A DNA stretch of 64,000 bases from Perkinsus chesapeaki ATCC PRA-425 (GCA_013115145.1 JAAPAO010000090.1:19808-83807); one strand, 5' to 3'; positions 50,591 through 62,953 are shown, numbered from the stretch's first letter. Notes: a model not told the origin generated them from the sequence alone. Program-made: numbers and translations.

Positions 50591-53500
50591 CTAGTCGTCA
50601 GTGGTAGAAGTGGCCTGTCCAGAACACTTCATCTCTATCAGAGTATCGCCCTCATTGCCACGGAACACGATCGTATCCTTCTGGCTGTCGTAGTCGGCCA
50701 CTATCTCATCACCCCGCTGAATCTTCTCGCGCAGTATCTGGAAAATAACAAGGTGGAACTACGCCAAGGAGACGAGTTTTATAAGTAGATAGCGGAAGTT
50801 TTACCCATGTAAGTACTCACCAGCTCGGCAATCGGGTCTTCTACCCTCGATTGCATCACCCGGTTAAGATGGCGCGCGCCGAACTCAGCACTGTATCCTT
50901 CTCGGCCCAGAGCAGCTGTTAACCTGACGTACACGAAAACGCCTCGATGACACCCTTCTAACGGGAAGTTCCACTTGTCTGTGATACTGAGCTGTATGCT
51001 GTATTGATCCGCTAAGGCAGTCTTAAGACGCTTCGCGTACAAGCCCACGACTTTAACGATGTCTTCTTCTGTGAGACTAGCGAAGGGGATGACCTGGAGC
51101 CAGCTACCGTACAGCCGAGTGATTCAGCGGCCTACCTCGTCGATACGGTTGATGAACTCTGGACGGAAGTATCGTTTGAGATCATCCAAGCTGCTGCCGA
51201 CATTCGACGTCATAACAAGGATGACGTTGGAGAAGTCAGCGAGTCGGCCATGGCTATCGGTTAGTCTTCCGTCATCCATCACCTACATAATGAAAATACA
51301 CTTGATAGAAAATAAGAATATTAATTACTTGTAGAAGGATATTAAGGACATCAGGATGAGCTTTCTCCACCTCATCGATCAACACTAGACTATGAGGCTG
51401 TCTACGGACTTTGTCGGTAAGAACGCCGCCGGAGTTCGAATCGTATCCGACGTAACCGGGCGGGGAGCCAATAAGTTTCGAGACGCTGTGACGCTCCATA
51501 AACTCGGACATGTCTAGCCTTATCTGAAGCATTGAGAAGGTTCTTACCGCATTTACCGAGGAAAGCCTTACCATGTTGCGGCCTTCCTCGCCGAAGTACT
51601 CATCAGATAGAGCCTTGCTGAGTTCAGTTTTACCAACCCCAGTCGGGCCGCAGAAAAGGAAGCAGGCTGTTGGCCGTTTGTTCCCGACACCTGAAGTGAT
51701 TCAACCACTCGAGTGCCACAATAACTATTTCACCTCTAACACCGACGCGAGCTCGCCGTATTGCTTTTGCAACGGCGCTGGTCGCCCTCTTCTGCCCGAT
51801 CACTCGAGAGTCTAGTCTGTCCTCGAGATTGAGTAGTCTGACGGATTCGTCCTTTGTCAGCTGAAACAGAACAATATCAAAGACGGTAGAGGTTTAAAAA
51901 CTGCCCAACCTCTTCGAGGGGTATGCCCGTCCACTGAGCAACGGTTCGCGCCACGTCATTTGCTGTCACTTCTACCCGACTGCTCGGTCGCTGAAAGTGA
52001 GCCTACAAAGTAGCCGCTCGGCTACATTGCATACCGCTCCTTGTTGAATTCTTTTTCGAGCAGCGGCCTCATCCATGGCATCAAGCGCCGAGTCGGGCAG
52101 CCGCCGACTTGGGACGTACCGCGATGATAGTTTCACACATGCTTCTATGGCATCATCCGTGAACCTGAGAAAGCGATGGGGATTCACAAGTGGAGGCTAG
52201 ATGCTTACCGAACAAAGTGATGCTCCTCATAAAGGCTAGCAACACCCATGAGCATGTCTATAGCTTGCTCTTGAGTTGGCTCGGCAACCACCACTGGCTG
52301 GAACCGACGTTCGAGCGCTGGATCCTTGGCAATGTACTGAAAGTAACGCACTCTGGTCAGGCAGGACTGCGGGGACGTATGGAGCATAAGATCGAGCAAG
52401 AGGGACCTCACTTATACATCACGGATAAGTAGAAGGACTCATAAGTCATGAATCTATGTGTTATACTCGGTCATTCATTTAGTCAATTCTATGACAACCC
52501 TTCCAACGGGCTATAATTCTACAGTACTAGATGACCGACGGCGAGGTGTAAGTGACGGTAGATAGGGTGACAGAGGTGTCTACTTTATCATATTCCGATT
52601 GTGTAGTGGCACCGATGACTCGTAGCTCTCCACGACTGAGGGCAGGCTTGAGGATGTTAGCGGCGTCCATTGCGCCATCCCCGGTGGCGCCAGCACCCAC
52701 TATAGTGTGAAGCTCATCGATGAGGAGAATGATCTGGAAAGCAATATCAAACATAAAAGTGACCTTTATTGCGAGTTCACCTTTCCATTCGCGTCGGTTG
52801 CTTCCTTGACGAGGCTTTTAAGCCTCTCTTCGAACTCTCCCCTGTATTTGGTACCGGCAAGTAGACTGCCTATAGAGACGTCCCATATTGCGACATCTGT
52901 TAGATGGCTAGGGACTTCACCACCAGCTATTAACTGAGAGATAAACAGTGATGGCCAAAGCTGCTTCGGCACACCTACCTGAGCGAGGCCTTCGGCGACG
53001 GCGGTTTTGCCCACGCCAGGTTCGCCGAGGAGAACGGGATTATTCTTAGTCATCCGACTCAGCACTTGCACCATTCTGGCTATCTCAGCATCTCGTCCGA
53101 CACACTTTAGAAGTTTGCCTTCTCGTGCCAAAGCTGTCAGGTTTCGGCCACATGACTGTAAAACACTGCCACCCGAGGTCCCTGGCACGAATCCCGCAGC
53201 GGGTATTTTCTCAGTGTCACTGTTGTCTTGTTCCTCGTCAAGCCTCCGCAAGATGTCCTGCAACCTTCCCCTAAGCGTTGCCTCCATTTCTATCGCAGCA
53301 GGCCTCGTAAGCATCCTATTGATGACAGTCTCTAGGAGCTCCTCGGTAGTGACCGGCCCTTCACTTTTCTCTATCCTTCCTCGTACTGCTTCTACAACCT
53401 CCTCATCGAGAGGGACTCGCTCTACTGCTCCCCAAGCAACTCGATCTCCCAAGCTCAGCGACGGTAAATGTTTGATCTCCGAAATATGGACACCGGCCTC

Positions 53501-54218
53501 TCGGAGCAGTTTGCTAGCCCCACCGCTCCGTTCCGCAGCCAGGCCGATGAGAAGACCCTCCAGAGGCACCGATGCAAGATTAACACATTCCTCTTGTGCG
53601 CGGTGTATCGCTCTGACAGAGGAATCGGATAGGGCATCGAATGCAGTCTTCCCTATTTGCCGCCTGGCGGCATCACCTGAGAATGACGGGGGTTGAAGAA
53701 GCCCTCTAGAAAAGCGCAGCTGGAAAGGGGGGCATCGAGGGTATTGAAAGGCAGCTCACCTCTATTAGGATCAAACATCATATTGTTCCACCACCCAGCT
53801 AAGGAGCCTCGCGACACTCTGTTATCCCTAAAGAGTTTCCGCTGAGTAACAACTGTGACTGAGTAGCTTACTGGCGAACTCTCTTCCGTGATAATCCGAC
53901 TCCTACCACAAGAAGGGCGGCCACACCAGCCGCAGCTGCTGCACCGAACAGGTACTGCCGCGATGAGACATCTTGCTTCGAGAGCCGACCTCTCGAGGAC
54001 AACGCCCCAGCTGCGGTGTTAGCGAGGACAGGACTCCCTCGTAGGCTGACGGACGTGGCGGCCCTCGAGGAGGCGATGAATAGGTTTGAACAACAGGAGT
54101 AGATGGCCAGGAGACATATGCCACAGATCAGTAGTTTGGCAGTAGAGGCTCTTCCGCGATGCGGTCTTGAAATGCCGAGTCCTCTCCGTGTCGGTCCAAT
54201 GGTGCCATTGTGTTGCAT
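50591..54218 (-). CDS. clpC: Hsp100/ClpC-like AAA+ chaperone with putative plastid-targeting leader
   Basis: Clp N-domain (AIHRAQEEC...LLIGLAAE), NBD1 ([41 protein letters not shown]), NBD2 ([40 protein letters not shown]). Stop 50591-50593. Confidence 0.9.
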
Positions 54219-54386
54219 CAGAGGAAGGTAGCTCAAAGCTACTCACACTATCACTTCTTCACTCCAGAGGGGTCTCGGCACCCGGTAGCCTTAACTAGAT
54301 AACGCAAGCACAGTGAACTAAGAAGGTGCATTTTTAGCAAACTGTGGACTTCTAGGAAACATAAGGACGTTAGAAACAATGAACAA

Positions 54387-57367
54387 TTATTGTGATATCT
54401 CTCTATCCGGCTGTGGTTGCTGCCGACGACGTCCGTCCGCTGGGCTTGGGTCGTCCATACCAAGTACTTCAACTTCCGCTGGCATCTGTCAAGCAACTTT
54501 AACGTCAACTGCAATGGCCACACTTACCCCTGTATTCCACTCCTCTTTGTTATCTTGATCTCCTTCGCCATCAACTCCCAGAATCTAGCAGCAAAGTGTC
54601 AGCATATGGACGATGATCAATGGACTCAGTGGTCTACCTCAACATCTCCGAAGTACTCCATTACTGCCTCAGCATCATTAACAAAGTCGTCCTCTGCGGC
54701 ATCAGATTCAGAGAAGCTAGATTTGCGATCCTCTCGCATCGACGGCGATCCCTGCCGGACTATAACCACAGCAAACTTCGATTGAACCTACCTCGAGGAC
54801 CAGGCCTTCCAAGAAGTCAGCGACCTTCTTGCGGCCATGCCTCTTAGCCTCATCATAAGGTGTGTTGCCCCACCTATCGTGTGTGTTAAGGTGGGCTCCT
54901 GCATCCCTCAGAAGCTTCACCGCATTCAGGCAACCTGATGGACAGTTACCCTCTCCAAAAGGTAATAGCCTACCTGAAGCTGCCGCCAAATGCACTGCCG
55001 TTCTGTTGTCATAGTCCATAACGTCCGGGTCAACGCCGAGCTGCAGAAGATACTGCACCTGTTCACAAAGCACTTGCCACTGACAGAGGGTGGAGATGTA
55101 GTTACAGTATAGACGTCTTTGCTAGCGCATGCCATTATAAGCTGATTCGTCAACTCGTGCTTCACTGACCCATAGTAAAGGGTGGGATCAACGTGGCGAT
55201 CGCTGGCTCGAAGGACAGGATCATGCCGCTTGAAAAGGTGGAAGTTGAAGGACTCCTCCATATGGTAGAAAAAATCAAGGCCCTTGCGACTCAGCTGAAA
55301 ACAACACCGGCAATAAGCCTCGGGACCTTTGCTCACACCAACGCTTACAGAATAGGATTCCTCGGAGGTGCCGTACTTTCGGATCGTCTCCTCTGCCGAG
55401 GTCTTCCCGAACTCGGAACTGGGACAGTGCACACAAGCACCAAGCACGCCTGGTACCACTGCCATACCAGCACCGAGATTTGAGTTTTTGCCAGGAATAC
55501 CGAGGTTGTACGCCCACATGCCGGACCTGATGATGAAGATGAAGGAGCGACTCCTACAAAGGAAAGATGGTGAAGAAACTATGGAATACAAGTTATGGAA
55601 CTCGATGGAATACAAGGAATCAAGGTGGAAAGCGTTAGGTGGAGGATATGGAACAAAATGGCTAAGAGTCTATTAGCCATTTTGTAATTTTCTCTTAGTA
55701 AGAGAATTGATAATACTAACAACATCACTGAAGTGGGAGTGAGCCTCTCCAGCAAGCGAGGAACACTTGTTGAGTTGATAGGCATCGATCTGCTGCTTAC
55801 CTTTGATCCATACCGCAGGAATACATCAAACTGAGAGCGTAGCGAATAGTTTGGTCTTGGAATATCCGCTCATTCGTCATCGGACACACACCACTATTCG
55901 CGAACGAGGAAGCCACTGCAGCGACGTCAGCCACGTTAACCTGAATAATATGCAGCATGCTGGGATCGAACCTGCGACCTTTCGTATAAACGAACCTCTC
56001 GCTCGTGCGTCTGGAACATGAGCTCTATAGCATCATCGATACCAGCACCATCAGGAAACCGATGAATCGACCGCAGACGATAAGCCATGCTTCTCGCCAA
56101 ATCAGAGTGTCTAAGAGAAGCCAATATTCAAATCAAACGGCGCGCGCCACTAAATCCTTACCTTCTATCCAGCTTCTTTCCCAGCTCCGTAGCTTCTGGT
56201 GGAACTATATCAGAGCCACTGAGCCTCATCCAGTTTTCCAAAACCTTCGCCAAGGATGGCCGGACACCAACTCCCGTGCTGAGAAGGAAGTGCTTCACCC
56301 CGCACCACCGCGCCTACTTACTAATCCTTATCTAGCTCCCTCGAAAGGAGCGCGCATAAATTAATAGTGCCCATCATCACGAATGGATTGTGAGGTCTGG
56401 CAAGATACTTGAGGCTGTATGGATGATGATGCCTCACCTGTTGAGATGATCCAATCCCATATAGGTCTGTTTCTCTCCGCTTGGCTCTCGTCCCATCCAT
56501 TTATGCACTTCATCCAGCCCAAGCATCTCCACTGCCATACAGTAGAGGACTGGACGTATCAACCCACCAGTTGGGAACGTCATCAGAGACTGCCTTGGCA
56601 GCTGGATAGGCGAGCAATCCGATAGGCCGCTGCATGCCGTGGGAGATCCTAAAGGTGGACGTATCAGCAATAGATACGCGGACGACTGCAGTACGTTACC
56701 AATAGGAATCTCCTCATCTCGGGCATACTGCTGCCCATCTGTGGTGCAAACTCCGACGGTCAAGAGTTCTTGATCTGGATGCTGCTCACAGGAGGCGGCG
56801 AAACACTCGTTCTATAAAAGCCAAAGATGCGCTCGATTAGATTCGGACTGGCGATTTTTTCCCTCCCAAGTGAGGTCACGAATCACCAGACTCGACAGAT
56901 ATCAACTCACCAGACGGTGCGTGAATTTAGGCCAGTTCGGTACGATCAGCTTTCCGCAGAGAGCTTTCACTGCAATGTCATGCTTGCGCGCGATCCTCGA
57001 GAACTCGTCGGCCGAATATCTACCAAAGATGCTAACTGATCAGGGTGCAGCAACTCAGCTTACAGCGCCTCTGGGTCCCCCATAAGGTGCATATCTTCAG
57101 GTACAGATATGGCATCGGTCATCCCGCCAACCTTCACGCTGCTATACCAGCCCAAATCCTAAGCAAACCAGACTTGAGCACCAGAAATAACTGAGGTCGG
57201 AGCCTTGCCTGAAGGAGAGCCTCGATCCTCGGGGCATCTCGTGGTAAGCCATACCATTCCAATGCACGAATTAAACGACGTGAATCCAAAGGCCAAGGCA
57301 TATCCGCAAAGTACCTGGAGGGATAGTAATACACCGCTTGAAACTCCCCCGAATTTGATATTTTCAT
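54387..57367 (-). CDS. Glutaminase-like ankyrin protein lacking catalytic residues (pseudoenzyme)
   Basis: GLS fold motifs in order (VCTTDGQ, YCMAVEMLG..VH..GREPSG, HNPF, FANSGVCPMTNER, MYSCGM, GIPGK) plus ankyrin repeats (DYDNRTAVHLAA, DRWGNTP). SxxK is replaced by GLIR. Confidence 0.85.
55951..55995 (-). pseudogene. tRNA-like 3' half forming most of a 55-bp intron (55941-55995)
   Basis: AGGTC GCAGG TTCGATC CCAGC ATGCTGC A: variable loop, T-arm with one mismatch, 7-nt acceptor strand and discriminator. Confidence 0.45.
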
Positions 57368-57599
57368 TCATGCGCCCAGTGAGCTGGAAGGCAGCTTGGG
57401 AGCCTGGGTTGTCTACCAGAGAGAGGACAAGGAGTTTTCTTCACACTTGATGAAGCATACACGCACCGTACACAACGCAAGTCGTGAAAGATAATTTATA
57501 GTAGTTTGATCACAACTCAGTGGTGACAATTCTCAGGGACCTGGCAACTAGTCCCCTTCATAGCTTTTCCAGAGTGGCATCTTCAAACCACTGCAGCAG

Positions 57600-57960
57600 T
57601 GCACACCTCCGCAGCAAAGCATCAGGTCATAGGCGCTGACTAGGATGAAAAGTTGCCTGCAAATTCGCCAAGTCACACTCCGCTGCTTGAAGCTCAGAAA
57701 TTTTGGGTCCAAATCGGAGATGGCCTAGATGAATGATTCCACCGGTCTGCCATCCTGTTCGAGGACACCGCCGATAGCATAGTGTGACGCGTCCGTGTTG
57801 ACGTTGAAAGGCACATTCAAGTCGGGGTGCATCAAACCTCGGGAATCGCGAAGCCGTTGAGGCTCGGGAGCATTCCTGAAACTAATTGCTTTCAGGTGAC
57901 GAAAACGAATGCTCCGGCTGGGAGTGGGACATTCACATCGCCACGCAGTCAGGCGAATTA
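57600..57960 (-). mobile_element. Ty3/Gypsy LTR-retrotransposon pol remnant (RT connection/RNase H)
   Basis: F.HLK...HPDLNVPFNVNTDASHYAIGGVLEQDGRPV followed by stops and frameshifts. Confidence 0.8.
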
Positions 57961-58089
57961 TGCCGGGTCAGTAGGGCGTACCGCGCAGGTAGCAAGACCG
58001 CATCCTCGAACGATTAGCTGGGCGAGTTAAGTTGTAGATTCGACATTCGTGGGTGCCAGGATAGAATCCCAGGAGACGGCTTCCTACTG

Positions 58090-58211
58090 ACAGTAGGCTA
58101 CTCTGTAACAGAGTAGGCTACTTCTAACAGTAGGCTACTGTACAGTAGTCGCTACACGGTATATCGTACAGTGCTACTGTACGATATACCGTGTAGCGAC
58201 GCTACAGTAGC
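58090..58211. repeat. Short tandem repeats (agtaggctact x3) followed by a perfect 25-bp inverted repeat with 3-nt loop
   Basis: gtcgctacacggtatatcgtacagt (58148-58172) - gct - actgtacgatataccgtgtagcgac (58176-58200). Confidence 0.95.
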
Positions 58212-58369
58212 ATCGGATCGTAGTTTCGACGATACGAATTCTTACGATCAACTCACTAGCCGGGTAGCCGACTTTGAAGCTGTCAAACAGCTTCCGAGGA
58301 GCATTATCCTGGCCAGGACACGCCTCACGGACATTTGGCCCCGGCGCAAATCCGCCTCACGGAGTGGAG

Positions 58370-61300
58370 TTACATGATACTGTGTGCATGATACCAACTG
58401 TTTGAATGGACTCCACGGTAGGAAACTAACACAGAACCCCCTGGGTATGGGTACCTTGCCAGGACTATGTCTCCATCATCTTTCGGGGCTGACATAGGCG
58501 GACGGGTCTTTCGCAGAGCTATACCACGTCTGAGCTCTCGAACGCAATTCTGGTGCCCCTCGCGACAGGCATCCTAGAAATATGTATAATACGACAAAGT
58601 ACCGCCAGCCTTACCATAAGCGGGGTATTCGTATAGCGGTCCTTCGACTCTGGATCCGCACCCAAACACATGAGTAGCTTAGCTGTCTCCCTGTGTCCAT
58701 TAGATACTGCCAGATGCAGTGCAGTGCGGAGATCGTAATCGGGCGTACGTACGTCGATTCCTCTGAAAGATGCAGCAGCGTAAGCTAGTAACAGGTTGAT
58801 ACGGGGAGATCACGGCTCACCTAGCTGCTAAGTGTCTTATTCTAATTGCATCTCCAACTGCAGCACTCCACCACAAACTTGAGTACTCCGTCAAGGAGAA
58901 GTTAGTGAGCACGTCAACTGAGGTAAGAGACATATTTACTACCTTAAGCTACATGAGCCGTACTTTGAGCGCTTGTCCGCCATCGGAAGGTATCCCCAAG
59001 GCAGTTGCGAATACGATGTTCCACTAGAGGGTGATTAGGAGGGTTAGTTGCCTGAAGCGAACAGGAAACAAAACAGAAATACAAAAAAGGCAATATCGAT
59101 GGCCACCACCGCAACAGATGCCTACCTCGTCAGTAATGGTATCTTGTGGCCCACCAAATGCATGCACAGGCAAGCGCTTGGAGAGCATCTGGCAAAACTT
59201 TACGCCGCGGACTGAGTTGCCGAGGGCATCCAATCTCGGAGAAAATGTGGCGATTCCACAAACGCCGGGAATTACTATACACAGTACTCCCGATACCTGA
59301 CAGTGAGAATAGCAAAGCTAAGTGACTCGTAACAGACTTACTCCTGACTTGGCCGGAAACCCACAGGTAAAGGCAAACTCGCCAGAGTAGTCATACATAC
59401 CACAGCTCATCATCATGGATAAACAAGAGGACACAGTGTCCTGACTAAACACACGTTCACCTGAAGGAGCAGACAGTGGCATAACGACGTCTCAGAGAGC
59501 TGTTAAACCATACCTGTCTTTGGACAGATGCCGCCGTTCGCCAAAGTGGCTGCGACAACTGACATCTGCTCGCAATCGAGCTCCAATGAGCACCTGCAAC
59601 GTCTATGGGAATCCCAGAGGTCCCGCGAACTCACCATTGGAAGTAGGATTCGAGAGTCTTCTGGATATCGGTATTCGGAGGGAAAGCGTTCTCCTCGGCC
59701 ATCATATAAGCAAGGCAGTAATTACGATTAGCAGTAGCTCGCTCGCCCATAAAAGTATCATACCTTACCAAAAGGGGAGTGATAAGATAATGCGACAAAG
59801 CTACTTACTGAATATGAGGGCGCCTGGACATACCCCCCAAATGTTGCCATATCTCTGTTACTGTCTCATAACGTTCCCATTCTGATTTATCCATATATAG
59901 AAGTGAGGATACCATTATAGCACCTACACCAGACATTCCCAAACTTGCTTGCACATCACCCCGTAATAGTGTTATACTACACTAACCATATCAGCATCGG
60001 TTACAGGTTACTAAGATTCAGCCCCCCTTACAGTAAGCATGTGTGAATAGTTATTATCATTAGCCACTAGGGGGCCACATTGTGCTAGGTGGTCTCCCAT
60101 TATACCCCCTCCCTATACTACCAGCATTGATTAAAGGGTTATGTGGTATCCCCTTGGGCTTTAATAGGACTCTTTCATTAAAATTCCGTCCACTTGGTTC
60201 GTGTCCGACATGCTCATGTACCTTATTAACAGCTCGTTCGAAAAAGTACTCCACTAGCAACAGGAAAAACTTCACACCAAGATTCCCTTCAACTGCACAC
60301 CATCGATTTGCGCACCGGGATTTCACCGTTGAGATTCTTTCGGGTTTGTTACAATTTCCTCTCAACTCTACAAGATCGAAACGCCATCCATTCCGTAATA
60401 TATCCGTCGACCTTTCCCATCCCTCCAGTCCAAAGCCACCCACCCTTAAACAGTACCTTATCTTTCCCATGTAACTCTACTGCCATACAGTAGTTAAGAG
60501 GCTTGCACGTTGACTGTAGACAGAATGGCACCTGAGAGATAAGCCTTAGTCGGGGATGCTGGGCCACGTCCTGCCTTGCTGTCACCAATACAGTAACGTT
60601 GAGCATGAACACTGCAAACACTAATCGCCCAGTAATCTGGATTCACAGTCGCCAAGGTTGGAATGTAGTCGGCCTGAAGGAACCCTGAGATTCACGCGCC
60701 ACGAAATTCCCTTTGTTACGTTTTTGCCTTCAGTACAATCTTGTAGATCTTTATATGCGTCATTAATAACATCACAGAACGCTTCAAAATCTGATATGGC
60801 CAACTCACCGCGGAATGCTTTGCCGACCTGAACCGATCTTCGCTGCGCCACGAAATTGCCACTTACGAGCTCATTGCTGGTCTTTAGTGTCTGGAATCGC
60901 TCAAAGTCCACAAAGTCTTGGCTCTTCAATTCCTTGTACGTATTTCGCATACGCCCATCCGAAGTAGCTGAGTCAAGCGAAAGGATGCATGTAAGATACA
61001 CTATGAGATTCCAATGACGGTGGTGACGACGCGTAAAACCCAAGATCTGTGTAACTCCTCAAGTAGCTCGTATTCACTACAGCAGCACTGCGATCAACGT
61101 AAATCACCCCGGTTGCCATCTCAACCTCGAAATCCGGGCAATGTCACAACCCCGTCTGCGAGAGACAGAAATATTTCCCCGACTTGCATCACAACAGGAG
61201 ATATATCTCCTGCATTACAATGACCCCGTACTACCCAATCCCGACCTCTTCAGAAACTGCAGGAGCTTAACGCTGTCCACTTTACCATTCTCGTCGGGCT

Positions 61301-61395
61301 ACTTTGAAAAACGTCATTGCTGTTTCATCCACCAGTATCCTTCCTACCTCCAATGCCTTGAAGATATCTTTGGAAGATATCTTACCTCGACCCAT
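58370..61395 (-). CDS. GLS: Glutaminase (GLS-type, with ankyrin repeats), catalytic residues intact; 3' end approximate
   Basis: [13 protein letters not shown] (SxxK), [71 protein letters not shown], ankyrin [12 protein letters not shown]. Confidence 0.95.
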
Positions 61396-62009
61396 GTTAG
61401 ATACTAGGCGAGCTCGAGCGAGGGGCGTACTAAAAACGTTAAACTAGCTATTAACATGATATTCCAGAAATTATAGAAAGCAATGAGGAGCTTGCTCCAA
61501 TGCGCATACATCATCATTTTAGCGACACTAGAGAAAATGTGAGATTCTCATCATGGCAGTAGCCGTTGATTTGCGATCAGACTACGCGAGAAAAGAATAT
61601 TCTTCGGAATCTACTGCAAAGCCAACCGCCAAGGTAAGCTCAGATATGCGATACTCTCGGGGAAACGATAATGGCTTTCCTCGACACTAGAAGACTAGCA
61701 GCAGTTTTCCGGTGGAAAGGACCACCCTCCTTCCGCACTAGCCTAGGATTCTAATATGTGACAATAATGACTAATATCCGAAGCTCGTCGAGTATGACAG
61801 TTAGCCTTGTTGGTTGAGTCTCCGTTCCAGTACACCATCTCCAATCGAGAACGGCCACAACCACCCTCACAGCTAGATAAAGTACACACTAACACTGAGA
61901 GATATACAAATCCACCGTTATCTGTATTTTAGAAAGAAGGTTCTATTGCCTCCTGTATCCCCACCAGTGAGAAAATGTATCTATTCCTCCCCAACTATCA
62001 TCCCGTTCA

Positions 62010-62400
62010 CTACTCGTCCTCATCATATCCTCTATCGCTCGAATTCTCACTGAAGCTGGCATGCCGATGAGCTCTACCGCCAACCTCAGATACGCATCTT
62101 GAAGAGGTCGGAGATGATGCTGATGGAGATGTCAGATCCTCCCCGTTCGGCGCTCCTTTCGCTGGTGATCTGAAACTCCGTGTAAATGACGGAAGACCAA
62201 GGAAAGCGTGACACCTGGGTAGAGGATACCGGCTAGACCGGTCAAGGTCGATCGTCATCTTGGGGGTGCCTGACCATAAACACTTATACGTTTCCCCGTT
62301 TCCCTCTGTTATGGTACTTGTCTTTGATGACTGGAAGGTCTCTTTGGCGGCCATTGAACGAGCACCGCAATCAACGTAAAACTTGAAGCAGCACTGCAAT
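62010..62400 (-). CDS. Hypothetical Ser-rich protein/exons
   Basis: 129-codon frame ending ...RGYDEDE*. No motif. Confidence 0.35.
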
Positions 62401-62734
62401 GAACGAGAAGGATTGTCTTGTAATGCCCATAGCCCATTTCAACACATCAAACACAACAACAGTCGAGTGACGAGAGGGAGAACATGTTTCTGCATTCCTA
62501 CTCTAGCGATTAACACTACAATGCTGGTAAGGTCCGATTTCCGACGGGAATGTCAGATAGAGCTTGAAATACGAAAGTTTGATACATGAATCCGAGCCAT
62601 AACATCCGTAACATATCCGAGAATGGGCCTCAAGCCGTCCGCTCTCTCTGGTTGCAAAGTTATGACGTCATTTGAAAACACTCCAAGATTGCTCGGAGGC
62701 CGGTAGATGGGCGAGTACGTTAAGAATATCGTCC

Positions 62735-62795
62735 AGCCATAAATTATGGCTGAACCTGCGACCTGATTATGGCCTATAATCAGGTCGCAGGTTCA
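62735..62795. repeat. Two adjacent hairpins: 8-bp arms (62735-62751) and perfect 20-bp arms with 5-nt loop (62751-62795)
   Basis: agccataa-a-ttatggct; tgaacctgcgacctgattat-ggcct-ataatcaggtcgcaggttca. Confidence 0.95.
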
Positions 62796-62953
62796 ATTCG
62801 AGGTTAGTGCCGAATTCTTCGTCATATTCATCTGGCGCGCGCGCTTTTCGAGCAATTCGTCGCGCGCCGCGAAATGGTTAAGATCGCGCGGAATTGCGGA
62901 GCTGAATACTGTAGATCTCTGTCCACGATTTCCCAACATCGCCTTTGAATTGA

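Noticed and set aside
53007-53696. 229-aa plus-strand ORF (also 8616-9344 minus and 13823-14404 plus)
   Set aside because: Antisense to well-supported genes (Clp, the 640-aa ORF, the protease tail), with Ser/Arg-rich shadow composition and no motifs.
61195-61212. 18-bp palindrome caggagatatatctcctg in a glutaminase intron (also gcgctcctaggagcgc near 23125)
   Set aside because: Short and isolated, with no associated structure to interpret.
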